The position numbers and the translations under genes are program-made. A stretch of 64,000 bases of DNA from Octopus vulgaris (taxonomy: Eukaryota), in assembly GCA_951406725.2 (NCBI GenBank), contig OX597814.1, positions 15,934,001-15,998,000 on the forward strand. Direction: 5' to 3'. The notes under the pieces were generated by a model. It made no database searches and was not told where the DNA came from. It worked only from the letters and a program-made list of their open reading frames with translations. Below are positions 29,050 to 41,869 of this stretch, in pieces; the stretch's first letter is position 1, and the number at the start of each line of letters is the position of its first letter.

Positions 29050-29688
29050 GTAGACTTCGGCGCTAAGTATTAAATGTGTTGGTCTTTGGTACTATACATC
29101 ACCGATGGTTAGATACAAATCACCTAAGAGCGAACTGGTTAGGCATGTGACTACAGGTGTCAAGAGAAGTACTGATAATAATTGCTTTTCCAAATAGTAA
29201 TAAAAAAGCAAATTAAATTCACTGGAATTTAACACACATACACACAGACACACGCGCACACAAGCACACAGACACATAAGCAAGACATACGCATATATAT
29301 ATATGTATAATAAATATACACACACACACGCACACATTCACATACACATGTATATATGTATACTATGCTATGTCTGTGTGTATATATATGAACGAGTGTA
29401 TGTATAATAGTGATAAGTAGATGAATAGAATGATGGCAGAGATCATGAAATTGTCAGCAGTTACCTAATAAAGAACGGGATTACAGAAAGAGAAAGTGAG
29501 GAAGTGATATTAGGAATAAGAGAGTATTTGTGGGAGAAAACACGAGAACTACATGGAGAGGTAACTCAGATGTGGAATGGAGGAAAAAGTGCAATTAGCG
29601 CATGATAATTGATGAGTGAGGACATACAGACAAATGAAGACGAATAATGAGAAAAGGAATTGAGTGCATGTGTGTGTGTGTGTGAGAG

Positions 29689-29730
<42 letters not shown>

Positions 29731-30477
29731 TAGGCACATAGCTTAAACGTTGGGGTGTTACACTCACGGTCATATACAGACATAGAAATATAAGTGCTCT
29801 AAAGCACATCAAAACATTGCCTGAGAGCTCGAGGTACTGATTACATTGGTTTCCTGTGTATAGAATATGAAAAATTTCACAGTATATACACACACATTAA
29901 AACTACATTCTAATACAACCGCCACATCGTTAAATGAACTTTCAAATACATTTGTCATCTCGCCCATAGAAAACAAGTGTATTGCCAATCGAACCTAATA
30001 CAAATTTGAAACATTTTAATCCAACCTAGAGACCGGAACAACGCAGCTCGAGGCGAAATGCAGAGTAAATAGTCAACCTTATATGTATGTATTTATAAAA
30101 TGAAATATATGATAAAAGAACAGAAAAGTATGCAATTAACTACATTAGCTAACAGCTGTTTCTGCTATACATACAGTCCACTCAGGACTGAGTGCTTGTG
30201 CATCACCTTATAGTTTTCTCGGAATTTCTAAAATACACACACACATGCATATATATATATATGTGTGTGTGTGTGCGCGTATGTGTACATACACGCACAC
30301 ATAATTATACATACATATGCATACACATATATACAAACATACATACATACATAGGTACATGCATACAAACATAGATACATACATGCATACATACATACAT
30401 GCATACATACATACATATATAAATGTGTGTGTGTTTGTGTGTGTTTATTTGTGTGTGTGTTTGTGTGTGTGTTTATT

Positions 30478-30508
<31 letters not shown>

Positions 30509-30764
30509 AATGTACTTATATACCATCGACATCATCTGAAAAGCTGCTGCTACTCGCATAAGCACTGGAATAAAACAAGGTCAGTATCATTCGGGAAATT
30601 CACATTACTGTGACAGTATCCTTCTGAAGATAGGCTTTGCACCCGAAATATAAAGCTTCTCAAAACTTTCCGCATTTCTCATTATATTGTACACATAGAT
30701 AAATACATACATACATACATACATACATACATACATACATACATACATACATACATACATACAT

Positions 30765-30855
<91 letters not shown>

Positions 30856-31084
30856 AAAGAAGGGTAGAAAATGGAAATAAGGACGTTAATAATTATTTAT
30901 TATCAACAAATTGGCCATCTTCACTTCTTACAGCCGTTTCAATTAATACTCAATAATTTAATTACAAATTTGTACATTAAATTTGCATTTATGTGAGATG
31001 AGCGTAATTTACCAGAGAAAAAAAAGTACGTTGGGATGTTATATGTGGACCAATCAATTTATTTCAGCAGTCTTCTAAAATGAA

Positions 31085-31634
31085 TTTAGTCGAAGAAATC
31101 GACCTCAGGACTTATACTTCGTAAACCTAGTACGTATTCTAACGGTTTCTTTTGCCGAACCGCTAAGTTATGGGACGTAAACACACCACCGTCGGTTGTC
31201 AAGAAATGGTGGAGGCGGGAGAAACACAGTCTCACACACACATATACTTATACATCGTTTGTATGTATGTATGTATGTATGTATATATATGCGTATATAT
31301 GTATGTGTATATATATATATATATATTATATGTAGAAAAATACAAACTGGGACAAGAACGTAAAACATTTAGAAGACGATACAAAAAACACGGACGGGAC
31401 ATTCGAAGCCTTCAATCTTCAGTCAAGAACCGGATCATCCTAGCAATTTCGGCTGATTAATCTTGAGATCGCTCCCATCCGGCCAGCCCCAAGGAAAAAC
31501 TAAGCTACGAGCATTAGATTTCTTGGAAGAAGGATCGAACGTATACGAAACAGGGACAGAAAAACGGACGATGCCACACGAATATAAAATACAAAAAACA
31601 ATAATGGTAAAACAAGAGAAAAACAGCGGGTTGT

Positions 31635-31691
<57 letters not shown>

Positions 31692-31932
31692 CTTAGATAA
31701 CTTAGATATGTTTCGACCAAAGATTGGTCCAGGCCATGTCTAACTTAATAGCACCACCTGATAGGATTATTCGAATCCTGTTTAAGTCAAGTTTGTATAT
31801 ATATGTATACACGACAAGCTTCTTTCAGTTTCCGTCTACTATATCTCCTCACAAGACTTTGGACGGCCATGCCCAAGGGACTGAATCCGGAAGTTCATGT
31901 TGGGAAGCAAACTTCCTACAACGCAGCCACGC
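31085..31932 (-). mobile_element. older SINE family B copy split by insertions in its internal microsatellite
   Basis: 3' half at about 31085-31245 and 5' half at about 31810-31932, separated by (TA)n tracts and unrelated segments 31333-31637 and 31691-31795. Confidence 0.75.
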
Positions 31933-31983
31933 ATATTTCCCTCTCTCACTTTCCCTCTCTCTCTCTCTCTTTATATATATCTA

Positions 31984-32053
<70 letters not shown>

Positions 32054-32123
32054 AAGATATAGATATATTTAAATCTATATATATTCGTACATACATAAAT
32101 ACACACAAATTAATCCTTACCCA

Positions 32124-32166
<43 letters not shown>

Positions 32167-32203
32167 GCACACAGAGGCACACACATAAATACAAACACAT
32201 ACA

Positions 32204-32264
<61 letters not shown>

Positions 32265-32438
32265 ACACAGAGTCACACACGCATAATGATTCTAGCTACA
32301 GATTAAAATCGGCAGTCGTTAAGCCGAATGTAGTACTGCATCAAATTATCTTTTACGTTGCTGTTATCATTCATATAGTCTTATTGCGTTTGCTATTGTT
32401 GTCTTGGAGTCTGTTACTTTAAACATAAGCTTTCTGTA

Positions 32439-32449
32439 GTTGTTGTTAC

Positions 32450-32492
<43 letters not shown>

Positions 32493-32565
32493 GTTGTTGT
32501 TGTTGTTGTTGTTGTTGCCGTCGTCGTTGTTGTTGTTATTATTGTTGTTGTTATTATTATTATTA

Positions 32566-32616
<51 letters not shown>

Positions 32617-32695
32617 GTTATTGTTATCATCATCATCATCATCATTACTATTCTTCTTATTGTTATTGTTGTTATTATTATTATTATTGTTGTTG

Positions 32696-32726
<31 letters not shown>

Positions 32727-32772
32727 CACCATCATCATCATCATTACTATTCTTCTTATTGTTATTGTTGTA

Positions 32773-32831
<59 letters not shown>

Positions 32832-32884
32832 CATCATCATCATCATCATCACCATCATTACTATTCTTCTTATTGCTATTGTTG

Positions 32885-32947
<63 letters not shown>
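32439..32947. repeat. compound triplet array (TAT/TGT/CAT)n with recurring CATTACTATTCTTCTTATTG unit
   Basis: Direct reading; unit seen three times. Confidence 0.93.
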
Positions 32948-32948
<1 letters not shown>

Positions 32949-33379
32949 CGATGCTTATAGTCTTGCTGTTATTGTATTCGTTACCGTCGTTGTTGTGTCT
33001 TTTTCTGTTTTTATTGCGGTGTTCCTCTTTATTTCTGTCGTTCAGTGTCTGGAAATGCGATCGAATGTGGAATCAAAAGTACTGAGTTTGGTTTGATGCT
33101 AATCTTTATCCTATTGTTTCCCAAACACCTCTCTTACCATTCATTCACTTACAGTCTGTTACTACAAGCCTTCTACTTTTCTTACTCATCATCTCTGCTC
33201 ATGCCACGAGCATCGCCACTACAATCAGCACCAACCGCCGGCCCGCCCGTCCACCTCTTCGACACCTATTCTGCCATTAACATCCCAAATCGCCGCCAAA
33301 CGGACCACCATCATGACAAACACTAACTACCAAAGCAGTCATCAATATCCCTGCCGCCAACAGATTCATTTACTATAAC

Positions 33380-34945
33380 CGAAGCCACCACCACCTTCAC
33401 CACCTTCACCACCACCACCACCACCACCACCACCACCACCACCACCACCACCACCACCACCACCACCACCATCACCACCACCACAACCACCACCGCCACC
33501 ACCACTGTCACCGCCGCCATCATAATCATTATTATCATCGTCACCATCACCATCATCATCACCACCTCCATCACTACCAAAACCACCACCACCATCAACA
33601 CCACCACCACCACCACCACCATAACCACCACCACAACCACCGCCGCCACCACCAATGTCACCGCCGCCATCATAATCATCATTATCATCGTCACCATCAC
33701 CATCATCATCACCTCCACCCCCCACCCCCCACTACCACAACCACCACCACCACCACCACTGTCACCGCCGCCATCATAATCATCATTATCATCGTCACCA
33801 TCACCATCATCATCACCACCTCCACCACCACCACCACCAAAACCAAAACCATCATCACCACCACCACAACCACCACCACAACCACCACCGCCACCACCAC
33901 TGTCACCGCCGCCATCATAATCATCATTATCACCATCACCATCATCATCATCACCACCTCCACCACCACCACCACCACCACAACCACTACCACAACCACC
34001 ACCACCATCACCACCACCACCACCTCCACCACCACCACCGTCGTCGTCGTCGTCGTGATAATTTATTGTCGTAGTCGCCGCCTCCATCATCACAGCTATC
34101 ATCATCATCGTCGTGATCAAACTCGCCGTCGTCGTCATTTTTGCTGTCACCACCGTCGTCATCGTTTCGTTGTTGTCATCATCAACATCATTTCTATCAT
34201 CACTACCATGACTACCACCATTATAACACTTGTGAACACTATAATTACTACTACGACTACAACATCCATCATCATCATCGCAATAATGAAAACCAGAATA
34301 AGCACCACCGCTACCTTTGCCATTATCACTACAATCACTACCACCAACAACCAATGCAGCTACAACCACCACCACAACAACCACCTCCACAACCACCACC
34401 TCAGCCGCCGCCACCACAACCACAGCCATAACCACCGCCACAACCATCACCACAGCCGCTGCCACAATAATTACAACCGCTACCACAACAACAACCACCA
34501 CCGCCACAACCATAGCCGCTGCCACAATCATCACAACCGCTGCCACAAGCATCACAACAGCCACCACAACCACTGCAACAACCACCACCACAACATCCGC
34601 CACAGTCATCACAACCACTGCCATAACCATTACAACAGCCATCAAAACCACTGCCACAACCACAACCCCTATCACAATGGCCACCAGAACCACCGCCACC
34701 GCGATAATGTTCTGTGTGTCCACAATACTACCACCATCACCATCACCATCACCACGACTACCACCACTGCTATACCATTACCAGCATCCAACCGATAATA
34801 CAGTACCGCAACCACACCACTAACAACAACAGCAGTTCCTAACCACCATCATCACCACTACCGACACACTATCACACAGCTATTATCATCAGCATCACTA
34901 CAATGATTACCACCACCACCACCACCTCTACCATCATCATCACTA
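33380..34945. repeat. long (CCA/CAT/CAA/CCG)n low-complexity tract containing a 4-copy higher-order repeat
   Basis: TGTCACCGCCGCCATCATAATCAT unit at about 33506, 33656, 33760 and 33901. Confidence 0.9.
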
Positions 34946-35045
34946 GTCGCCGTATAAAATTCCACTAATAAACCTGTGATGTGCAGATTATTGTCTAACG
35001 TTTGTGGGAGTTCCCCCGGTGAATTCCTAATATTCCAACATTTAG

Positions 35046-35276
35046 AGACGAGACCGGAGAGGTGGACCGGACGAGACAAGCAAGCATAAATGCCACCATG
35101 TTTATCCGCAGATTCGCTCTGTCGAGTTCTGTGGTCTTCTGTCAAAAGCCCATGGATTATCTCTTATCGCAGTGTGCAGGCAAACACGGTTCTATCAAAC
35201 GAACGTGTCACATGATACTGCGCCAGCAAGATACAATGGCTTGGCTATCAGGAGACTCTGTAAATAAATATAGTTG
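35046..35276 (+). CDS. candidate internal coding exon (phase 2-2, 231 nt) of an unidentified protein
   Basis: Unique, GC-richer island; CTAAT...TTTAG| acceptor, TG|GTAAGT donor; only one + frame is open throughout (DETGEVDR...FCQKPMDYLLSQC...SVNKYS); contains an in-frame GCCACCATG at 35098. Confidence 0.5.
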
Positions 35277-35566
35277 GTAAGTCGATGCCAATTCCAATTT
35301 CGTCCCTCAAACACTCAGCTACAACATCCGGTTATCACTTGCGTTCTTGATTATAAACACATTGAATTTCTTATTACAGAATTAGATTCATTTTCAATCC
35401 CAGTTGCTATACACTCTCACTGAAGCTAATGAAATATAACATGTAAAAATATACACATACGTCAAAAAACATATATATATATATATATATATATACAAGC
35501 GCCTATCTGTGTTCAGATGTACGTATGCATATGAAAATTATGTGTGTATGCGTGCGTGCGTGGATG

Positions 35567-35598
<32 letters not shown>

Positions 35599-35792
35599 TG
35601 TATGTATGTATGTATGTATATATATGTGTGTGTGTGTGTGTGTGTATGTGTAAGTATATATGTTTATGTATATGTGTGTATGTGTGCGTGTGTGTGTATG
35701 TGCGTGTGTATACACACAAAATGCACTTAACAGTGTGTAAGAGAAGCTTGGCTGACTGTAAAACAAGAACGACATTGTTATTAATACATCAC

Positions 35793-35824
<32 letters not shown>

Positions 35825-36073
35825 CACCACCACTACTACAAGTAGCAGCAGCAACAGCAGCAGCAACAGCAGCAGCAGCAGCAGCATTATTATTATTATT
35901 ATTATTATTAGTAGTAGTAGTAATAGTAGTAGTAGTAGCTTCAACAATCGTAATAATAAGTTGCTTGATTGCTAAATATCCGGGCAGCTTCATGGGGCCT
36001 TTGCATTGCTGTTTGCTGAGATTGAATCCCGCCCAAAGTTAATTTTGCTTTTAATCCTCAATCCACCAGACAG

Positions 36074-36179
36074 TAGAGAAAATATGCAGCAGGAAATGCA
36101 AGAACCTGTTCCTTCTAATGTACAACTGATTAAAGTGTGTGACTTAAGCCATCATTTGATCAATGAGTTAACAGAATTG
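36074..36179 (+). CDS. candidate coding exon (phase 2-0; RENMQQEMQEPVPSNVQLIKVCDLSHHLINELTEL)
   Basis: Pyrimidine-rich run then CAG|, TTG|GTAAAG donor, phase-compatible with 35046-35276. Confidence 0.3.
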
Positions 36180-36340
36180 GTAAAGCTACGGAAGTAAAAT
36201 GCTTTTTAACAACCAGTTATTATCTCTTTGATAATGATTTCTAATTGCGCTGGCTTTGTCTCTCCATTTCAGTTTTTCTGCTGATTAGTTTGGAATTAGT
36301 TTGGGAACAACCACCTGCCATCTATGTAATCGACTATACC

Positions 36341-36573
36341 TATTTCTTTACTACCCACAAGGGGCTAAACACAGAGGGGGCAAACAAGGACAGACAAACG
36401 GATTAAGTTGATTATATCGACCCCAGTGCATAACTGGTACTTATTTAATCGACCCTGAAAGGATGAAAAGCAAAGTCGACCTCGGCGGAATTTGAACTCA
36501 GAACGTAGCGGCAGACGAAATACTGCTAAGCATTTCACCCGTCGTGCTAACGACTCTGCCAGCTCGCCGTCTT
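36341..36573 (-). mobile_element. SINE family A
   Basis: TSD TAATCGACTATACC at 36327-36340 and 36574-36587. Confidence 0.93.
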
Positions 36574-37149
36574 TAATCGACTATACCGCCCTCTATGTAG
36601 GTGTTTGGCCTTGTAATGGTGTTAGAGATCATTACCATTATCTTCTACTTAGCCGTCGTTACCCTCATCATCATCAACACCACATCTATCGACATCGTCA
36701 TCGTTATCATTCTACTAAAATCCCAATTATCATCATCATCATCATCATCCTCATCATCATCACCGACATTATCATCATCATTGTGGTCATGCCCTCGTCG
36801 TCGTCATCGAGGATTACATATATATCCTTAGGGCAACTAAAACGACAGTACACAAATATAACGCTCACGATTGCTTCAGTTGCTAGGGCCCACCCATCAC
36901 CGTCTATATTCTTTCCTGGTGGGTGAACCGACTTCATTGACATATCATTTTCGTAGCAAAAGAAACCTGAATTTCTTCTACAAAACCAGAAAGTATTCCA
37001 TCCCTCAACGGTTGCTACATCTCTACAACGTTCACGTGAACTTTAGGGAGAGTGAGTAGCTGATTGACAACATATTGGTTCGTGTCTTCTATTGGATAAG
37101 GCTCTAAAATATAGGGCGGTGAAGCTACTTCATATACAGACATACTAAA

Positions 37150-37408
37150 ATAATATAATAAATGCGCTCTTTTAAAGCCTAGCTAGGCTCATGAGCCCGG
37201 TTTCCCGGTTTCCATGGCGTATGTGTTCCCAAGCTGGATGGGATGCCAGTCCATCGCAGCGATACTCATTTTTGTCAGCTTAGTGGCCTGGAGCTACGGG
37301 AAATGAAGTGTTTTGCTCAAGAACACAACGCGTCACCCGGTCCAGGAATCGAAACCACAATCTTACGATCATGATGCTGACACCTTAACCACTAAGCCAC
37401 GCGCCTCC
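37150..37408 (-). mobile_element. tRNA-derived SINE, family D
   Basis: Minus strand GGAGGCGCGTGGCTTAGTGGTTAAGG...GTTTCGATTCCTGG head, GTGTTCTTGAGCAAAACAC core; TSD ATACAGACATACTAAA at 37134-37149 and 37409-37424. Confidence 0.9.
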
Positions 37409-37772
37409 ATACAGACATACTAAACCAGATTAAAAAAAAAAAAAGTCAAATGATTCGCCTAAAGTTGTTCGCAAACATCGTCTAACGTCTAGCCCACTGT
37501 TCTCTCTTTCCGTTTTACTCTTTCCTTTTTGTTCTGCACAGATAGTGACCTCAGAGAAAGCTGCTTTCATTCTGTGTGAACTATAAGTAATACTAATTAT
37601 TTTATTCGCACAAACAGCTCCCTGCTGCTCATCAGCTAGCCTTTCTCCCTACAATATACTTCCTATATGTGTATTTGCGTGTTTTAAAGGAGTGAGGAAA
37701 GGCAAACAATTAGGCAATGCAGGACAAGGACATTTAATTTCATTTAATTTAATCTAAATTTAAGCTACATAA

Positions 37773-38164
37773 TCTTTATATACAAAAGAGAGGTTTTGTG
37801 CTGTCTGTCTCCTACGATTTAGATTCCTAACTACTCCCACATTTTGCGGTGCAGGTTAACCAAAACCGGGTATCTTATAGTCATGATTCATATCGAGCCC
37901 TTCTGGGTATTAGCGCGCGTCTACGATGAGTCTACGATTTAAAAAAAAAATTACCATCAATTTTTCTCATTTTAATGCATTTTTGGCATATATAAGGGAA
38001 GTAACTCTCTAAAAATGTATTATTAAATCTCAGAACGTAAAAAGCTACAGTAACCCCCCTTTGTGGTTAGCCATATTGAGATGGCTATTATACTTTACAT
38101 CTCTAAAAATGCTTATATAGTTATTTCCCTTACAAATCCGAGCAACGCCGGGCGATACTGCTAT
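37773..38164 (+). mobile_element. non-autonomous Helitron-like element
   Basis: A|TCTTTATATACAAAAG start; CCGAGCAACGCCGGGCGATACTGCTAT end; homologous to 5549-5938 with a different internal segment. Confidence 0.85.
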
Positions 38165-38512
38165 TAAATGATAAAAATAGAACAAAATGGTAAAGAAAGT
38201 CTCTGACAGTTGTTTCTGGGATATCCCAGCTATTGGGGTATCGTATCTAGTGAAGTCTAGAAATATAGATTAGATAGTGGAAGAAAGTTCCTCATCAATG
38301 GTATATGTTGTGGTTCGCTATGTGATTCTATAGTTTGTTTTTCTCGCTAATTTAATCAAAGTAGATGCTACCTATAGCCGTTTTTGAACAAGACAGTCAC
38401 ACATGCACAACTTCAACTGCTGTTCTAACTGGTGTTTTGGTGGTACTACTAGCCGAGCACCCAGAACGCATACACAAATTTCTATTTAAAAGTTTATTTT
38501 GTCTATTAACAG

Positions 38513-38600
38513 GAAAATGTGGTAAGAGAACCATTTACGGGATCGATCTCAATCGTCAGCAATGGCCTGCTAAAGTCATGAACACATTCCATTCATCCAG
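38513..38600 (+). CDS. candidate coding exon (phase 1-2; KCGKRTIYGIDLNRQQWPAKVMNTFHSS), or 9-nt microexon 38513-38521
   Basis: Strong TTATTTTGTCTATTAACAG| acceptor; donors GTG|GTAAGA (38521) or CAG|GTTGAG (38600). Confidence 0.33.
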
Positions 38601-39158
38601 GTTGAGTCAGTTAAAAAATAAATTAACATAAATTAAGATTAAGCAGAGGCTTCCAGGTAAATTCAATACAGACGTTACTATATATTGCCATTGTTTGATT
38701 TCAAATCCGTTCACTAACGCTGCTCATGAAATAAACAGGAATCAGACAGCGAACAATTCGACACATTGATCTACTTAACACGCTGTAATACATCATCATC
38801 ATCATGTAATACATCGTCTATCCCACTGATGTTTCCTGTTCACACTCTCCGTTTTACTCTCACCCTTTTGTTCTGCACAAATATTGACCTCAGAGAAAAC
38901 TGCTTTCATTTTCGACACATTGAACTTACTTAACACGGTGTAATACATCATCATCATCATCGTTGAAGGTGTTGATGACATTGTTATAGTTGTTCCTGTT
39001 GTCATTGATGTTGGTACTGTGATGTTGCTAGTCGAAGATATGATGTTTGTTTGCATTATGCTTCTATGTTCAGTGTTTCAGATATTCTCTTGGCATACAC
39101 ACGGGAATAATCTATTAGCGTGTCTTTGCTTCTTGGTCTGCATGCAATTATATATGTA

Positions 39159-39215
<57 letters not shown>

Positions 39216-39345
39216 TCTACACACAAATAGTTACATACATATATATTTCTCCGAAATTTGTCTAAATGTGTATAGAATAATTTATCAGCTGCATAAAGTT
39301 ACAACACTTTACAATGTCGAAGTGTGCTTAACATTTAAAAACATG

Positions 39346-41087
39346 TGTAATGTTCAAGTTCAATTCGTAGTAATCAAATTTCAAAATATATTTAACTGAC
39401 AATCGAGTTCTTGACAACTGTAGGAAAATAGCTGTCGTCTTCCTTTTTATACCTTTCAGAAGGCTTCAACAAGCTGAATTTTTGGAATACGGTTTTGACC
39501 AATCAGCATGCATCTTAAACGTCACGGTCTACCGGGCACACCGATATCACTGGCATAGAATCCGCCTTTATTTTAACCAATTAGCTTGCGCTTTACATGC
39601 AGTGGTTTTATGAGTGTGCAGACTTAGCTGAACTCGATCTTTTTATTTCAATTGCTGGGAATCTTTTGTAATTTGCTTATATTCATGTGTTAAAGATATT
39701 TTTTAATTCACATCATTAACTGGTTGTTATATTATTGTTGTTATTTCCTCTCAGAAGAGGTTTGAACATTTTAATAAAAGGGTTTTCATTTATCTTTCTT
39801 CCAATCTTACTTGCGTCATATAGTTTATGGAAAGGAAAAATTAGAAACATTTTCTGACCACATGTTTCTATATGTTCGATCAATGGAATTTGGCGAACAT
39901 TGGTGTTCTGGATTTGTTGTCTGTAGATTCGTGAGCGCTTCCGATAATGCATTCCCTGTCTCTCTATATATAGCTCCTCGCAATTAAGGGATTTTATGCA
40001 GTAGATCAAATTTCTGCTTTTGCATTTCATATCTGCATTTGTGAAAATCTGTCCATTTTTTGTTCTAATGGATCTAGCTGTATGCATTTATTGACACGTT
40101 CTACATCTGTTATCATTACGCTTGGATACTGTGTTTCATCCTGTTTCTTCATGTTGAATTTTGCCTTTGTTAATAGCTTCTTTTAGTTATGCGTTTGCCT
40201 TTTGGTTAAGATATGTGTTTGATTAGTTACTATGTTTTTTAATTTTTCACTTTGTTTCATGATAGGCAAATTTGTTTTGATGATGTTAAAAATGTTTTGG
40301 TGATGCTTATTGTGTATTACTAGAAATAGTATTGTGTTCCGTTGATGGGTTCGTCTTTCTCGTGTTGCCCTAAGTTGTTCTATAGGTATCTCTTTTGCTC
40401 GTTGTACGCTATTTTCTATAAGTAGGAGAGGGTATTTTTGTTTGAGCAGAAATACTTTGGGTTCTATAAGCCGTATATTCCTGGTATTTGGATCATCGAC
40501 TATAGTACAAATTTTCCTGGCTAGACAGTACGGGATGCTGCACGTTGAGCGTGTTGGGTGGCATGATTTGAAATTTTAGGTACTTTTGTAATGAATATCA
40601 GTTGTGGTAATGATGTTTTAATTACCATTATATCAAGAAATGGTAATTGTGTGTTCTCATTTGTCTTGTGAATTTGAGATTATCGTGTAGATTGTTGAGG
40701 AGGGTGCTGAATTATTCCAGATTTTCTAGGGATTTGGTCAAAATTAGGAAAGAATCATCTAGCTACCTTTTCTATATGTCCTCTATATGTCTTCTAAAGG
40801 TCATGTCGTGGTTTTATTCATTTTGTTTTATATTGGTTTTGTTTCAAATATCCCAAAACTGACTTCACGAAAATTGGAGCAAATCGCGTTCCCATAACTG
40901 TGGCTCGAATTTGGAGGTAGTTTTTTTCCGTTGACAAGAAATGTATTGCTTTCGAGGATGAGGCTGACCGCTTCTAGTATAAAGGATACTACAGTTGTCA
41001 AGTATTCAACTGCCAGTTAAATACATTTTGAAATCTGATGACTATTACGAACAAATGAAAGCGCTAATTGAACTTTATGAACATTAC
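39346..41087 (-). mobile_element. 5'-truncated Penelope-like element (RT + GIY-YIG remnants, inverted pLTR)
   Basis: Broken frames give ILESNTF, VMGTRFAP, YLDD, PFLD, SIPYCLARKICTI and CKSRNLIYCI...ELYI (GIY-YIG-like); inverted repeat 39346-39423 / 40989-41087. Confidence 0.88.
41032..41069 (+). ncRNA. minimal type I hammerhead ribozyme-like motif in the inverted pLTR
   Basis: aat-CTGATGA-ctattacgaacaaat-GAAA-GCGC-TA-att: intact core with palindromic loop III; stems I and II very short. Confidence 0.55.
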
Positions 41088-41099
41088 AAAATATGTGTG

Positions 41100-41317
41100 T
41101 GTGTGCGAGTGAGTTTGCTTGCTTGTGTGTCTTCCTCTATCACAGCTTGACAACCGACTATGGTGTGTTTACATCCCTGTAAGTTATTGATTCTGTAAGA
41201 AAAATAAACGATAGAATAAGTACTAGGCTTTAAAAAATAAGTGCTGGAGTCGATTCGTTCGAGTAAAAGGCGGTTCGCCAGCATGGCCGCAGACTAATGA
41301 CTGAAACAAGTAAAAGA
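41100..41317 (+). mobile_element. SINE family B-related 3' half, diverged
   Basis: GCTTGACAACCGA...GATAGAATAAGTACTAGGC...GCATGGCCGCAG...ATGACTGAAACAAGTAAAAGA. Confidence 0.85.
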
Positions 41318-41424
41318 TTGATGATTGATCCGCTAGTGAGAAGAGCAAGAACATTGTGCAATCACCTTTCCTTGGGTTCTGTGTCTGGTTACGCAGGTAT
41401 TAAATAGTAAATTATTTCCATCAG

Positions 41425-41486
41425 AGCGAAGGCAATAGTCGAAGCATCACAGCCAAGTGGATTAGCTAAATGCGCACAGGGACCTG
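41425..41486 (+). CDS. candidate coding exon (phase 2-1; AKAIVEASQPSGLAKCAQGP)
   Basis: TTATTTCCATCAG| acceptor, CTG|GTGAGG donor, open, phase-compatible with 38513-38600. Confidence 0.35.
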
Positions 41487-41869
41487 GTGAGGGGTTTAAA
41501 ATAGAAAATATGAAATATAGACAATTCCCTGCAACAGGCTTCAACATATCACAATCTGCAAAATTTTCCCTACAAGACATTGGTTGATCGGAATTTATGA
41601 TAAAGGATTCTTACTCAAAGTGCCACGCAATGGGGTCAAGCACAAATATTCCTTATTTTCTATACGTGGTATACTTGCAATTCATTTTTCTATTTCCTAG
41701 AATTCGTAGTTTTGGAAGCCGTGGCAGCACCAATGACCGGATTATTCGTTGAGCAATCTTAGTAATTAAATATCTTGCTAATATGAACTTCAGTTTTAAT
41801 TTCCGACTTCATTTCATCCATAATGTGTTTGTACGATGTGTTTCGTAATTGTCCACGTAAATATATACA

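Noticed and set aside
33323-34723. 466-aa Val/Gly-rich ORF, the longest in the track
   Set aside because: Triplet low-complexity DNA open in several frames on both strands; no domain or splice support
35098-35200. Insulin-like B chain or signal peptide after GCCACCATG
   Set aside because: Cys spacing is C-x10-C without the CG motif, no A chain found, and the N-terminus is weakly hydrophobic
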